This document shows, piece by piece, positions 46,785 through 57,071 of a stretch of 64,000 bases of DNA. The stretch is from an uncultured Verrucomicrobiae bacterium (lineage in GTDB: Bacteria > Chlamydiota > Chlamydiia > Chlamydiales > Rhabdochlamydiaceae), in the NCBI GenBank assembly GCA_963731265.1, contig CAVSUE010000001.1, positions 416,001-480,000 of the forward strand. Direction: 5' to 3'. Numbering within the stretch: position 1 is the first letter of the stretch; the number at the start of each line of letters is the position of its first letter. Below the pieces are notes generated by a model that saw only the letters and a list, made by a program, of their open reading frames with translations, was not told the origin of the DNA and searched no databases. The translations under genes were made by a program, and so were the position numbers.

Positions 46785-47978
46785 TTAAACTTCATTGGTC
46801 CGAAGATACTGATCGACTAACGGTGCTAGTGCAGTCAGATAGCTTGGCCCTAATAAAAAATGAGAATTTTGTCCGTCAGAGTGTTCGCCGAGCACCATGG
46901 TGTTTGGGTTGGGAAGGTGGCGATTCAGGGCCACTTTTGGGACGGGATCGGAAGGGATGACCATATTCACGACCTTTTTTGCAGACGAGGTTGGAATGAA
47001 ACTCGCTGGGGCAACTGCGATCACAATAATTCGTTGCTGTTTTTCTCGAGAAAGATGTGTAAGGGCATTATTGACTTCGATAGCGCCTCGGCTATGACAA
47101 ATCTGCAATAAATGACCCGAAGGATTTTCATCAAAAAAATCTTGCCAACGGTCTAATAATTGAAGCACGCCTGGGGTCGATGTCGTTCCTTGGCCTAGAG
47201 CAGCAGAAATCAGATCCCAATGCGGGTTGACTGTTGCGCTATAGGTGCCATGTATATTATGTCCTTGGCAGGTTTGATCAGAGAGGCTGACTGCGTTTGA
47301 TTTTGCGAGATCAAAAGTGGTACTGATTCCGTTATGATAGCCAATCGAGCCGCGGTTGGGCTCTCTACGATAAAGATGAAACCGGCAAGAAGGCTGTAAG
47401 ACCCCTTTTTCTAAATCGGAATAGACGGTAATTTGTTTCCCTGGAATTTCCAGACAATGATGTCGATGTAAAGCCCGGATCAAACGCAGGGTGTCGTCTT
47501 TTGCATGGTGTTCTCCCCATACCAAATCGTTTGTCTGAGGTTGTCCGGCCATTCGATAAACCGTTCCAAAAATCGCATTTTTCTTGGTGGTTTGTTGATC
47601 GTCCAGTGTTTTTTCAACCACGCGCTTGATAACATGGAGAAGGCGGGACTCATTGCCTTGCGTTGGGGGACTGCCCATCTCTATTAGAATATCTTGCCGC
47701 AGTTTTGCAGGGATAGCGATTAACCTTTGCTGAAGATCGGGAATTTGCTCTTGGCGTTGGAGAGATGTTTCAAGATGGGAATAAAGGCTTTGGAGGGGAT
47801 GGGTATCCAAGGCGACGGTCTTTTTTTCCAAGTTGAGTCTAGGAGAAACGGCGCTTGCAAGTAGATAAGCTCCATAGCTTTGCACTGTAGATTGCACTTC
47901 CGGCGATGTGAGGTAAGTGGTTGTCCGGGATGCCGCTTGTGAAATAGCATTGTAACCATAAGTCATATAACCAGCCAT
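46785..47978 (-). CDS. DUF687-like alpha/beta-hydrolase-fold protein (candidate effector)
   Basis: IGYHNGI, nucleophile-elbow-like ICHSRGA, IAVAPA, SDPVP, late His; Ser/Thr-rich N-terminus; GGAG RBS. Confidence 0.6.
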   Translation of the reverse strand: MAGYMTYGYNAISQAASRTTTYLTSPEVQSTVQSYGAYLLASAVSPRLNLEKKTVALDTHPLQSLYSHLETSLQRQEQIPDLQQRLIAIPAKLRQDILIEMGSPPTQGNESRLLHVIKRVVEKTLDDQQTTKKNAIFGTVYRMAGQPQTNDLVWGEHHAKDDTLRLIRALHRHHCLEIPGKQITVYSDLEKGVLQPSCRFHLYRREPNRGSIGYHNGISTTFDLAKSNAVSLSDQTCQGHNIHGTYSATVNPHWDLISAALGQGTTSTPGVLQLLDRWQDFFDENPSGHLLQICHSRGAIEVNNALTHLSREKQQRIIVIAVAPASFIPTSSAKKVVNMVIPSDPVPKVALNRHLPNPNTMVLGEHSDGQNSHFLLGPSYLTALAPLVDQYLRTNEV

Positions 47979-48152
47979 TTTTTTCTCCAAATTATGATTA
48001 AGTGTATTGAATTATACTATATATAATTAATTAAAGTTAATGTTAAAATAATTTTTATGCTTTCTGGTTTTAAGGGCTTTAATCGAAAGAAAATCTTTGA
48101 AGGAATTGGCAAAAATTAGATAAATTCAATAAGCGAAACCGGTGAGTGAAAA

Positions 48153-48842
48153 ATGAAGCTCCATACAACTATTCTCAGTTTATTTATTGCGGCAATCGTT
48201 TTCATGGGAAATTTGACAGCAGAACCCTCCTCGCAGCAACAACTTCCCAAGATGAAGGTCTTAAGTTGGACTCCCCGTATTTTTTTAATTGAAAATTTCC
48301 TCTCGCCTGCTGAATGCGATCACTTGATTGCCCATGCGCGCCCGGAATTGAAACGCTCTACGGTGGTTTCCGCTGTCGTTGATGGGGAAATTCATGAAGG
48401 GCGTACGAGCAAGGGGATGTTTTATGCCAGAAATGCAGATCTGATCATTAAGGGGATTGAGCGCCGTATTGCGGAATTGACCATGTTGCCAGAACAAAAC
48501 GGAGAAGGAATACAAATTTTATCTTATGGCATTGGAGAAGAATATAGGCCGCATTGGGACTACTTTGATCCCAACACAGAAGGGGGCGCACTGTGTTATC
48601 ATCGCGGCGGCCAAAGAGTCGCTACGATGATCATGTATCTGGCCGATACGGAAGAGGGAGGGGAGACCGTTTTTCCCAAAACAAGAGTGAAAGTAAAGCC
48701 TATCAAAGGAAATGCGGTCCTATTTTATAACTGCACACCAGAAGGCAAAGAAGATCTATTGTCCTTCCACGGCGGAGCTCCCGTGATCAAAGGAGAAAAA
48801 TGGATCGCGACGAAATGGATCCGCAAAGGAGAATTTCGTTAA
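48153..48842 (+). CDS. Prolyl 4-hydroxylase-like 2OG-Fe(II) oxygenase with signal peptide
   Basis: LSWTPR, FLSPAEC, RTSKG, HWD, RVATMIMYL, EEGGETVFP, HGGAPV..GEKWIATKW. Confidence 0.9.
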   Translation: MKLHTTILSLFIAAIVFMGNLTAEPSSQQQLPKMKVLSWTPRIFLIENFLSPAECDHLIAHARPELKRSTVVSAVVDGEIHEGRTSKGMFYARNADLIIKGIERRIAELTMLPEQNGEGIQILSYGIGEEYRPHWDYFDPNTEGGALCYHRGGQRVATMIMYLADTEEGGETVFPKTRVKVKPIKGNAVLFYNCTPEGKEDLLSFHGGAPVIKGEKWIATKWIRKGEFR

Positions 48843-48906
48843 AAGGGTCTTGGATACCCTCCGTGAAGCGCAACCATTGCCATTGGCCAACTTTTGAATT
48901 TCTCAG

Positions 48907-50943
48907 TTACTCTCCCATCTGGAAAAGCTTTTGCAAACTCTGTTTGGATTCTGGGAGCGCAGACAAATTCTGCACGCCTTGAGCGCGGAGGTTATTCCAA
49001 GCCGTTAAAATTCCCCATTGATTGACGTAAGCATGCAATTTGGAAATCTGATGATCGCGATCTAATGTGTGAAACTCTTCAACCAAAGCATTCAACTCAC
49101 CAGCCAATCCATTGTAATTTTTAGAATCAAAGGCTTCGACCATCAACTTGGCCGTATTCGATTTCTCTCCAATCTCACTCAGCTTTCCTTGAAAAGTTTT
49201 TAGCTTCTGTTGGAAACTCACCCATGGGCACTCTGCTTCATAAAGAATCACGCCACATGTGTTCGTCTCTTCAACCTTATTTTCGACGACTTGGGATATT
49301 TGGCCCAGAAGCGTTGTCAGATTGGTCTTTCGTCGTTCGGCCTTTATTTTCACCTTGTTGTCTCTAAAATCTTCTTTCACTTCTACGATCTCTAGGCTCT
49401 CCAATTTCAGAAAGGGAGGCCAAGCTGAGCAAATCAGTTTTACGTCTTCTGCCGACAAGATGCCGATTTTTTCTAAATGCCCTGAACGGCACTTTAGCTT
49501 TTCTGAACATTGTTTTTCGGTTTTGATCCCAAGGTGAGCAAGCAAGAGGAGGTTGTTTTTTGGAGGCTGATCATTCAAATAGTCCCGAATTGCCCTAGCC
49601 TTTTGAGCGCCCGTAGAGCTTTGTCCATGTTGATTGTGAAAGGCGTGTTCTGCACAACCGGGATACTCATTGGCAAAAGGTTGGCAATTTGCATAGAGCT
49701 CTCTGTAAATGGCATTTTTTGCAGTTGTTGGCATCCGCGAAAACCGCTCAAAGGCATGAGCTACTCTCTGACTTTCATTTTCAAGCTCTTCCGCGATCTC
49801 TTGAAAAATCGTGCTATTATTCGCTGTAAAATCCCAGACCTTGATTGTGTTGTCGGCACAGCCCGAAAAGAGCTTCCCATTGAGGGCGGCAAGAGAGCAA
49901 ACCGATTTCTCATGGCCTGTCAGGGTCGCTGTGCACTTTCCCGTTTTTAGGTCCCAAACCTTGATTGTGTTGTCGGCAGAGCCCGAAAAGAGCTTCCCGT
50001 CGAAGACGGCAAGAGACAAAACCCAGTTCCCATGGCCTGTCAGGGTCGCTGTGCACTGTCCTGTTTTTAGGTCCCAAACCTTGATTGTTTTGTCGGAAGA
50101 GCCCGAAAAGAGCTTCCCATTGAGGGCGGCAAGAGAGCAAACCGATTTCTCATGGCCTGTCAGGGTCGCTGTGCACTGTCCTGTTTTTAGGTCCCAGACC
50201 TTGATGGTGCGGTCTATAGAGCCCGAAAAGAGCTTCCCATCGAAGATGGCAAGAGATAAAACCGTGTGTCCATGTCCTGTCAAGGTTGCTGTGCACTGTC
50301 CTGTTTTTAGATCCCAGACCTTGATGGTGCGGTCTATAGAGCCCGAAAAGAGCTTCCCGTCGAAGATGGCAAGAGATAAAACCTTGTGTCCATGTCCTGT
50401 CAAGGTTGCTGTGCACTGTCCTGTTTTTAGGTCCCAGGCCTTGATGGTGCGGTCCGCAGAGGCCGAAAAGAGCTTCCCGTCAAAGATGGCAAGAGAAGAA
50501 ACCCCCTCTTGATGGCCTGCCAGGGTTACAGTGCACTGTCCTGTTTTTAGATCCCAGACCTTGATGCTGTTAGAGGCCGAAAAGAGCTCCCCATCGAAGA
50601 CGGCAAGAGAGTTAACCGAGTCGTCATGGCCTGTAAGGGTATCCGAAGCGTACACTCCTTTTGGGAGATTTGAATGAAGACCTTGGTAGGCGCTCTGGAA
50701 ATTCTCAATAGAGCGTGGGTTAACGGTTGGAAAACGGTTATAAAATAATATGCGCCAAACATCATCATCTTTCAGAGCCTGGTTCAATTCTTTACAGACT
50801 AAGGCGCTTGTTCCGATTTCCTGGGCAGGCAAGTGTGTCAAAATTCGAGTGACTATATCTTGCGGCATATCCAAAAGCCCAGTGTTCTGCGGTATAATGG
50901 GTGCAGGGTTTGGAAGTCCTGAAGGATTGATGGAGTTCGTCAT
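48907..50943 (-). CDS. F-box / 7x WD40 protein, paralogue of 35107-37143
   Basis: Same architecture and length (678 aa); LLDMPQDIVTRILTHL F-box; highly similar C-terminal domain. Confidence 0.92.
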   Translation of the reverse strand: MTNSINPSGLPNPAPIIPQNTGLLDMPQDIVTRILTHLPAQEIGTSALVCKELNQALKDDDVWRILFYNRFPTVNPRSIENFQSAYQGLHSNLPKGVYASDTLTGHDDSVNSLAVFDGELFSASNSIKVWDLKTGQCTVTLAGHQEGVSSLAIFDGKLFSASADRTIKAWDLKTGQCTATLTGHGHKVLSLAIFDGKLFSGSIDRTIKVWDLKTGQCTATLTGHGHTVLSLAIFDGKLFSGSIDRTIKVWDLKTGQCTATLTGHEKSVCSLAALNGKLFSGSSDKTIKVWDLKTGQCTATLTGHGNWVLSLAVFDGKLFSGSADNTIKVWDLKTGKCTATLTGHEKSVCSLAALNGKLFSGCADNTIKVWDFTANNSTIFQEIAEELENESQRVAHAFERFSRMPTTAKNAIYRELYANCQPFANEYPGCAEHAFHNQHGQSSTGAQKARAIRDYLNDQPPKNNLLLLAHLGIKTEKQCSEKLKCRSGHLEKIGILSAEDVKLICSAWPPFLKLESLEIVEVKEDFRDNKVKIKAERRKTNLTTLLGQISQVVENKVEETNTCGVILYEAECPWVSFQQKLKTFQGKLSEIGEKSNTAKLMVEAFDSKNYNGLAGELNALVEEFHTLDRDHQISKLHAYVNQWGILTAWNNLRAQGVQNLSALPESKQSLQKLFQMGE
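49830..50641 (-). repeat. 120-bp tandem coding repeat (WD40) x7
   Basis: GCCCGAAAAGAGCTTCCC recurs every 120 nt; some units nearly identical. Confidence 0.95.
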
Positions 50944-51298
50944 GGTTAATTCCTTGCTTTAAATTTTTGATATATAAATATGATTTAATTCGAATTATAC
51001 TATAATTAATGTTTTTATTTAATTAAAAAATTAAATGGTTTTAATTATAAAAATTTTATTATTTTTTAATTTTCAGTTTAAAATATATATTATATAGTAT
51101 AATATTAATAAGTTGTTGAAAGAGAGACGTGGTATTTCCTTCCAAAAAGAGAAGGGTGGTAAATAAATTTATTTACTCTTGGAGCAGGTGAACGGGTCCA
51201 CTGAGGTGTCGAGCGTCGTCCTCACGCCAAGGGTGGAAAGGGGAAAGCTCGAGAAAGTACGGGCTTTCGATTGGATGAAATTTGAGAAGAACGCCCTC

Positions 51299-52255
51299 TT
51301 AGAAGCACAAAGCGATCTGGAGTTCGCAGCCCCAATAGGTTTGTGAGCGGGAGCGCAGGTGAAGCCGAGAGCTTCCTCCATATTGCCAATATTTAAAAAA
51401 GGGGATAAGCGAAAGATCGAAGTCGGCCTTGATTCCTCGTACTGCTTTCCAGGTGATGGGAAGATCGGCCTCGTAGTTCATCATGCGGCTTACCTGATAA
51501 AAAACATCAGGCTTATTTCCGATTTGGACTTTTTCATCGACAGCAGGCATGGCCTTGAGGTCTAAACTGAGTGAAAAATGGTTCCAATAATCAAAGTCGA
51601 AGAAAAGGCCGCAGGGGACTAAGTATTGATAATAGTTCAGATCGACCCTGTGTCGGAATCCCTCATAGTTTTTACCGTCCATCACGCGGCGGAAGCCGAA
51701 ACCTGCGAAGATTGTCATCAAAGTGCGATGAAAAATAGGGGTCGTGTAACCGAGCAGGAATTGCCCAACCGCTTCCTTCCAGCTATGATGGCGCCCATGG
51801 GCTGCTACCTTTCCTTGATTCCAGAGAAAGCTTGCGTCTCCATAAACGTGATTGCTTTTCTTGTATTCCATTTCAGCCGAACCCCCCCAGAGATTGCCGG
51901 TAAGTTTTCTCATTCCACTCGAGCGGACAATCAAATAGGAATATTGCGGCGCAACGTCGATTTTGAATGGCTTGTAGCTTCTTTGCACCTTGATTTTTTT
52001 TGGAGATCGCAGCGGTGTTTGCGGATTGTTGTTTTCTTCCTGCTGAGCGACGAAAGGATGCCGTTCTTCATAAGCGATTAATTTTTCAGGATCTTTTGCT
52101 CGTTTAGGAGCTCTTTTGGGCTGCACCTGATTCTTTTCAACCGGTTTGGGGAATATGTAATTCTTTGAATCCGCGGGCACTTTGCCAATGGGATTGGCGT
52201 AACTGAATTCGGCAAAGCTGAGCAAGACGAGAGTTGTTAGAACGACTTTTTTCAT
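51299..52255 (-). CDS. Putative outer-membrane beta-barrel protein
   Basis: Signal peptide, alternating aromatic strands, C-terminal Phe. Confidence 0.6.
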   Translation of the reverse strand: MKKVVLTTLVLLSFAEFSYANPIGKVPADSKNYIFPKPVEKNQVQPKRAPKRAKDPEKLIAYEERHPFVAQQEENNNPQTPLRSPKKIKVQRSYKPFKIDVAPQYSYLIVRSSGMRKLTGNLWGGSAEMEYKKSNHVYGDASFLWNQGKVAAHGRHHSWKEAVGQFLLGYTTPIFHRTLMTIFAGFGFRRVMDGKNYEGFRHRVDLNYYQYLVPCGLFFDFDYWNHFSLSLDLKAMPAVDEKVQIGNKPDVFYQVSRMMNYEADLPITWKAVRGIKADFDLSLIPFFKYWQYGGSSRLHLRSRSQTYWGCELQIALCF

Positions 52256-52352
52256 GACGACACTTTCAATGGCTTTATTTTTTTTAACAATTTATATAGG
52301 CTTTATGGCTTGAATGTCCATATTTTTTCTTTAAGGGTGATGGCGGTAAACA

Positions 52353-53687
52353 ATGGCACAATTCGATTTTGCTCAGATTTTAGAGTGGCTGGGCAGCAGC
52401 GTTGCTGTTTCGGGAAAAATCCAGGGTTTTAAACAAGACAGCCGCGCTGTTGTTCCGGGCGATCTTTTTTTCGCGCTCAAAGGAGAAAAAGTCGACGGGC
52501 ATGAATATTTGAATGAAGCCGCTGCAAGAGGAGCTGTCGGCGCTGTTGTTTCTAAAGAGTACAGCGGCGATAGCTTTGGGCTGACATTAATAGGGGTCGA
52601 CGATGTCCTCGCGTCCTTGCAAAAATTGGCAAAGACCGTTCATGCCGGAAGGTCCGCTCGCGTGGTTGCCGTCACCGGTTCTGTCGGAAAAACAACCACG
52701 AAAGAATTCATCGCCACCCTTTTGGAGGGGAAATTTCGCGTCGGCAAAACGCCGGGGAATGCCAATTCCCAAGTCAGCGTACCTTTAAGCATCCTTAATT
52801 CCAGTGGAGATGATGAGGTCGTTGTCGTAGAAATGGGGATGACTCAACCCCGTGAGATCGAAAAATTGATCGCCATTGCTCCGCCGGAGATGTGCCTCGT
52901 TACTAAAATTGCCCTTGCCCATGTCAGTTTTTTTTCTGAGGGAATAGTAGGGATTGCCACAGCCAAAGCAGAAATTCTTTCCCATCCGCTCACTAAGCTG
53001 GGAATCCTCAATAGCCAGGCTTCAAGCTTTTCTGCAATGCACAACAGCAGCTGTTTGAAAATGACTTACTCTCTTGAAGAAGATGAGGGAAATAGTGACT
53101 TTGTTCTCTGCCGCGAGGGGCCGCTTTTCTATGCAAAGGAAAAGGAGAGTCGGACGTCTGCTTTTGCACTACCTTTTACGGCTAGCCATCTATGCGAGAA
53201 TTTTATTGGAGCGGCTGCCGTGGCAAGGGGAATGGGAATGTCCTGGTCGGAAATTATTCCGCAGGCGCAAAAGCTTAAAGTTTTCATGAGAAGATTTGAA
53301 GTCATCGAACGGGATGGGATCATCTTTCTTAACGATTCCTATAATGCCAACTACACTTCGATGAAAGCCGCTTTGCTCAATCTTCCGGTTCCACGCGCCG
53401 GAAAAAAACGGATTGCCGTATTGGGATCGATGAAAGAACTAGGCCCTTATACCGAACAAATGCATTACGACGTCGCCAAGCTTGCGCTTTCCCATATCGA
53501 CTATCTGTTATGTCTGGGAGAAGAATGCATCATAATGGTCGAACTGTTCCAGAAAGAAAACCGTCCCGTTGAGCATTTTCTTGAACTTGATTTAATCAAG
53601 AAAAGAGTCTTTCAGTTGGCGGAGGAAGGCGACGTGGTTCTTCTCAAAGGCTCCAATTCCAAAAAGCTCTGGCAAGTTCTCGAATAA
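52353..53687 (+). CDS. murF: UDP-MurNAc-tripeptide--D-Ala-D-Ala ligase
   Basis: DSR...LFFALKGE..DGH, VTGSVGKTTTKE, EMGM, NDSYNAN, LGSMKELG, LLKGS. Confidence 0.95.
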   Translation: MAQFDFAQILEWLGSSVAVSGKIQGFKQDSRAVVPGDLFFALKGEKVDGHEYLNEAAARGAVGAVVSKEYSGDSFGLTLIGVDDVLASLQKLAKTVHAGRSARVVAVTGSVGKTTTKEFIATLLEGKFRVGKTPGNANSQVSVPLSILNSSGDDEVVVVEMGMTQPREIEKLIAIAPPEMCLVTKIALAHVSFFSEGIVGIATAKAEILSHPLTKLGILNSQASSFSAMHNSSCLKMTYSLEEDEGNSDFVLCREGPLFYAKEKESRTSAFALPFTASHLCENFIGAAAVARGMGMSWSEIIPQAQKLKVFMRRFEVIERDGIIFLNDSYNANYTSMKAALLNLPVPRAGKKRIAVLGSMKELGPYTEQMHYDVAKLALSHIDYLLCLGEECIIMVELFQKENRPVEHFLELDLIKKRVFQLAEEGDVVLLKGSNSKKLWQVLE

Positions 53688-53767
53688 TTGTCTTTTTACT
53701 TTTTCATTTTTTGTCTTGTAGGTAAGATGGGAATGAGTCTTCAGTCTAATCCATACTCCCAAATACC

Positions 53768-54970
53768 GTGACCTTGCTGATTTATGATTTTTTTACTTAC
53801 TCGCTAGGATGGAAGGTGCCTGCCGCCTTTGCGTATTCATCGACGAGAATGATGCTCGCCGCCTTGACATCATTGCTGTTTGTTATTTTTTTAGGCCCCC
53901 GTTTTATCAATAAGCTGTACGAGCTCAAGACGGGGCAGTCCATACGTGTGGATGATTGTCCTTTGCTGGTGGAACTGCATGCAAAAAAGAAAGATACTCC
54001 GACGATGGGAGGAATTTTACTCCTGTGTTCGATGCTCTTTTCTCTTTTTCTCTGGATGGACTGGAAGAGCAGCTTCACTTTGATTTTGCTCTTGACAACG
54101 CTTTCGCTTGGATTTTTAGGCGCCTACGATGATTATCTCAAGTTGAAACATAAAAATTCAAAAGGGCTGTCAGCGAAAAGAAAATTTCTTCTTCAGAATC
54201 TGCTCGCTCTGCTGATTGCCCTTTATCTCTTTTGCCCGGCTGTTTCAAAAGCGGTCCATTTTAACAATTGGTTCGCGCCGCCGGCGGCAAAAGAACAAGT
54301 GAGTCACGGGAAAATAGAAACGCTCTCAACGCAAACGTATATGAGCCGTTATTATGTGCCATTCCTCAAAGATCCTGTCCTTATTCTGAATGGAGCAGGG
54401 GTGATTTTTGGCATTTTGGTCACGCTATTTGTCATCACAGGCGCATCCAATGGAGTGAATTTGACGGATGGACTTGACGGGCTGGCATCCGGATGCCTCG
54501 TCATGGTCGGAGGAGTTTTGGGCCTTGTGGCCTTTTTGTCCAATAATATCGAGATGGCGCGCTATTTGAATATTCTCTATATCGATCAAAGCGGTGAGAT
54601 CGGTGTTTATTTGTTCGCGTTGGTCGGCGCGGGTTTAGGTTTTTTGTGGTATAACGGCTATCCGGCACAAGTTTTTATGGGGGATACTGGATCTTTGGCT
54701 TTGGGAGGCATTGTTGGAGTCAGCGCGGTCTTACTCAGGCGAGAGTTGCTTTTTGCCATCTTAGGAGGAATTTTTGTCGCAGAGACCATTTCCGTGATCT
54801 TGCAAGTGGGAAGCTACAAGTTGCGCAATAAAAAACGGATTTTTCTTTGCACCCCCCTGCATCATCATTTTGAATATAAAGGATGGCCTGAGACAAAAGT
54901 TGTCCTTAGATTCTGGATCGTCGGTTTGATATTGGCTATTTTTGGCCTCGCTTCTCTGAAATTCCAGTGA
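53768..54970 (+). CDS. mraY: Phospho-N-acetylmuramoyl-pentapeptide transferase
   Basis: TPTMGG, DDYLK, SNGVNLTDGLDGLA, FMGDTGS, PLHHHFE. Confidence 0.97.
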   Translation: MTLLIYDFFTYSLGWKVPAAFAYSSTRMMLAALTSLLFVIFLGPRFINKLYELKTGQSIRVDDCPLLVELHAKKKDTPTMGGILLLCSMLFSLFLWMDWKSSFTLILLLTTLSLGFLGAYDDYLKLKHKNSKGLSAKRKFLLQNLLALLIALYLFCPAVSKAVHFNNWFAPPAAKEQVSHGKIETLSTQTYMSRYYVPFLKDPVLILNGAGVIFGILVTLFVITGASNGVNLTDGLDGLASGCLVMVGGVLGLVAFLSNNIEMARYLNILYIDQSGEIGVYLFALVGAGLGFLWYNGYPAQVFMGDTGSLALGGIVGVSAVLLRRELLFAILGGIFVAETISVILQVGSYKLRNKKRIFLCTPLHHHFEYKGWPETKVVLRFWIVGLILAIFGLASLKFQ

Positions 54971-54978
54971 AAAAAAAT

Positions 54979-56295
54979 ATGAAAACTCTTGTCATAGGTC
55001 TTGGACTCAGCGGAAGAGCAGCGGTCCGCTTTTTATTGAAACAGGGACATCGAGTGATCGCGGTCGACAGCAGCCGTTCGATTTTAGGAACGAAAGAAGT
55101 TGTCGATTTGCAAAATAGGGGATCCCAATGCCAACATGATAGCGAGACGATCGATTGGACACACATCGAGAGTGTTGTGGTCTCTCCAGGTATCAGTCCA
55201 AAGCAATTTCTTTATCGCGCTGCCTTAGAAAAAGGGATTGAGATCACCGGAGAAGCCGAGCTTGCGCTGCCCCATTTCAAAAAACCTCTGGTGGCTGTAA
55301 CTGGGACGAATGGCAAAACAACGGTCGCGCTTCTTGTCGAACATATTCTCAATACGGCAGGTGTCAAAGCCAAAGCGTTGGGGAATGTCGGCACAGCTCT
55401 TTGCGATTATTTGATGGAGCCGGGATCGGAAGAGGCCTTTGTCGTCGAACTCAGCTCTTATCAACTCGAAACAATGCGAACCCCTGTCTTCGAGGCGGCC
55501 GCGCTTTTAAATATCACCCCCGATCACTTGGATCGTTATGCCAACATGGAAGAGTATGCGAAGAGTAAGTGTCGTCTGCAAACTTTAATGAAAAAACCAG
55601 ACTGCTTTTTTGTTCAGGACCAGATTGTCAAATTCTTTGCGCCTTTGTTACACTCTCCGAAGACTTTTGGAATGGAAACAAGCAGCGCTCTTTGGACGGA
55701 CAAGACAAAAATTGTCTACCGAGAAAAGATTGAAAGCTTTTTACCTATTCGCTATAGAGAAATGGGAAGGCACGACAATGAGAACGCATTGGCAGCTTGG
55801 GCCCTTTGCATTCCTTTTTCGATAGAGAGCGAGCAGTTTTGCAAGGCATTGGAAACTTTTCGCAAGCCCCATCACCGCATTGAATTCGTCCGCGAGGTGG
55901 ATGGGATTTCTTTCTTTGACGATAGCAAAGGGACGAATATCGATGCCGTCATCCAAGCAGTAAAGGTGATGAAAGGCCCGGTAATCCTCATCGTAGGAGG
56001 AGTGGACAAGGGAGCGTCCTATCTCCCCTGGAAAGAACCTTTTTCCGGTAAAATCAAACAGATGATCGCGATTGGGGCCTCAGCGAAGAAAATTTACCAG
56101 GAATTGCATCCCTATTTTAACATTAAGTTTGCTGATTCTTTAGCCTCGGCTGTCCAGGCAGCCGCCAGCTGCTCAGAAAGAGGGGACTCTGTCCTTCTTT
56201 CTCCGGGATGTTCGAGTTTTGATATGTTTCGCGATTACGAACACCGAGGGGAAGAGTTTCAGCGCCAAGTTCATCTATTAAGGAGAACATTATGA
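54979..56295 (+). CDS. murD: UDP-MurNAc-L-Ala--D-Glu ligase
   Basis: GLGLSG, SPGI, TGTNGKTT, ELSSYQL, DHLDRY, DSKGTN, LLSPGCSSFD. Confidence 0.96.
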   Translation: MKTLVIGLGLSGRAAVRFLLKQGHRVIAVDSSRSILGTKEVVDLQNRGSQCQHDSETIDWTHIESVVVSPGISPKQFLYRAALEKGIEITGEAELALPHFKKPLVAVTGTNGKTTVALLVEHILNTAGVKAKALGNVGTALCDYLMEPGSEEAFVVELSSYQLETMRTPVFEAAALLNITPDHLDRYANMEEYAKSKCRLQTLMKKPDCFFVQDQIVKFFAPLLHSPKTFGMETSSALWTDKTKIVYREKIESFLPIRYREMGRHDNENALAAWALCIPFSIESEQFCKALETFRKPHHRIEFVREVDGISFFDDSKGTNIDAVIQAVKVMKGPVILIVGGVDKGASYLPWKEPFSGKIKQMIAIGASAKKIYQELHPYFNIKFADSLASAVQAAASCSERGDSVLLSPGCSSFDMFRDYEHRGEEFQRQVHLLRRTL

Positions 56296-57071
56296 CCCGA
56301 AAAGATACGATTATCGTTGCAGTGCTGATCAATGCAGGACTGCTCATTGTGTTGTTTGCCACTGCACTCAAATCCGATTCAAGCAAAGAAGAATTTGCTG
56401 CAAGTCCTGCTCCTGTCGTCCAGACAGCTGTTCCCGATTATTCTTTTAAAAAAGAAACGACGACTGTTGTGGGGGACGAGGTCGATGTTGCACTCAATCA
56501 ATTTGCGCAAAACGCGATGCCCTCTTCCACTCCCGTCACGCAAACTCCTTCGCTAACTCCTCCCACTGATACAATGGCCACATGGGCGCCTGCGAGTTTC
56601 GCCGATGATCTCAAAGCCATTGCCCTGCCCGAAACGACTGTTCCCACTCCCATTCAAAATCAAAACGCACAGACTTTGGTCGCTCCGATGGCTCCGCAAA
56701 ATAAGCCTGCACCCGAATTTACGGAAATCAAGGTAAAAAAGGGGGATGTTTTAGAGAAAATTGCCCGCCATCATCATACGACCGTCGCTGAAATCATGAA
56801 AACCAATAAATTGACGACCAGCAACCTGCGCATTGGGCAAGTCTTGAAAATCCCCCATAAATCGATCAAAAAAGCAGAGCCGTCGACCATTGCTTTCTCC
56901 CCTCAATCTTCTGCACCCGAAGCCAAATACTACATTGTGAAAAAAGGGGACAGCCCCTGGACGATTGCGGTAAGGAATCATCTCAAAGTGGAAGATCTTC
57001 TTAAATTGAATCACATGTCCGAAGAGCAAGCTCGTCGGCTGAAACCGGGCGATAAACTTCGAATCCAGTGA
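56292..57071 (+). CDS. Membrane-anchored LysM x2 protein (chlamydial NlpD-like)
   Basis: VKKGDVLEKIA...N.L....LRIGQVLKIP and VKKGDSPWTIA...LKPGDKL. Confidence 0.88.
   Translation: MTRKDTIIVAVLINAGLLIVLFATALKSDSSKEEFAASPAPVVQTAVPDYSFKKETTTVVGDEVDVALNQFAQNAMPSSTPVTQTPSLTPPTDTMATWAPASFADDLKAIALPETTVPTPIQNQNAQTLVAPMAPQNKPAPEFTEIKVKKGDVLEKIARHHHTTVAEIMKTNKLTTSNLRIGQVLKIPHKSIKKAEPSTIAFSPQSSAPEAKYYIVKKGDSPWTIAVRNHLKVEDLLKLNHMSEEQARRLKPGDKLRIQ

Noticed and set aside
35107..50943. Diversity-generating retroelement acting on the WD40 genes
   Set aside because: No reverse transcriptase in the window, and differences between units are not confined to adenines
51170..51300. GC-richer intergenic stretch downstream of the outer-membrane gene as an ncRNA or MITE
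   Set aside because: No matching inverted ends, second copy or recognisable RNA motif found
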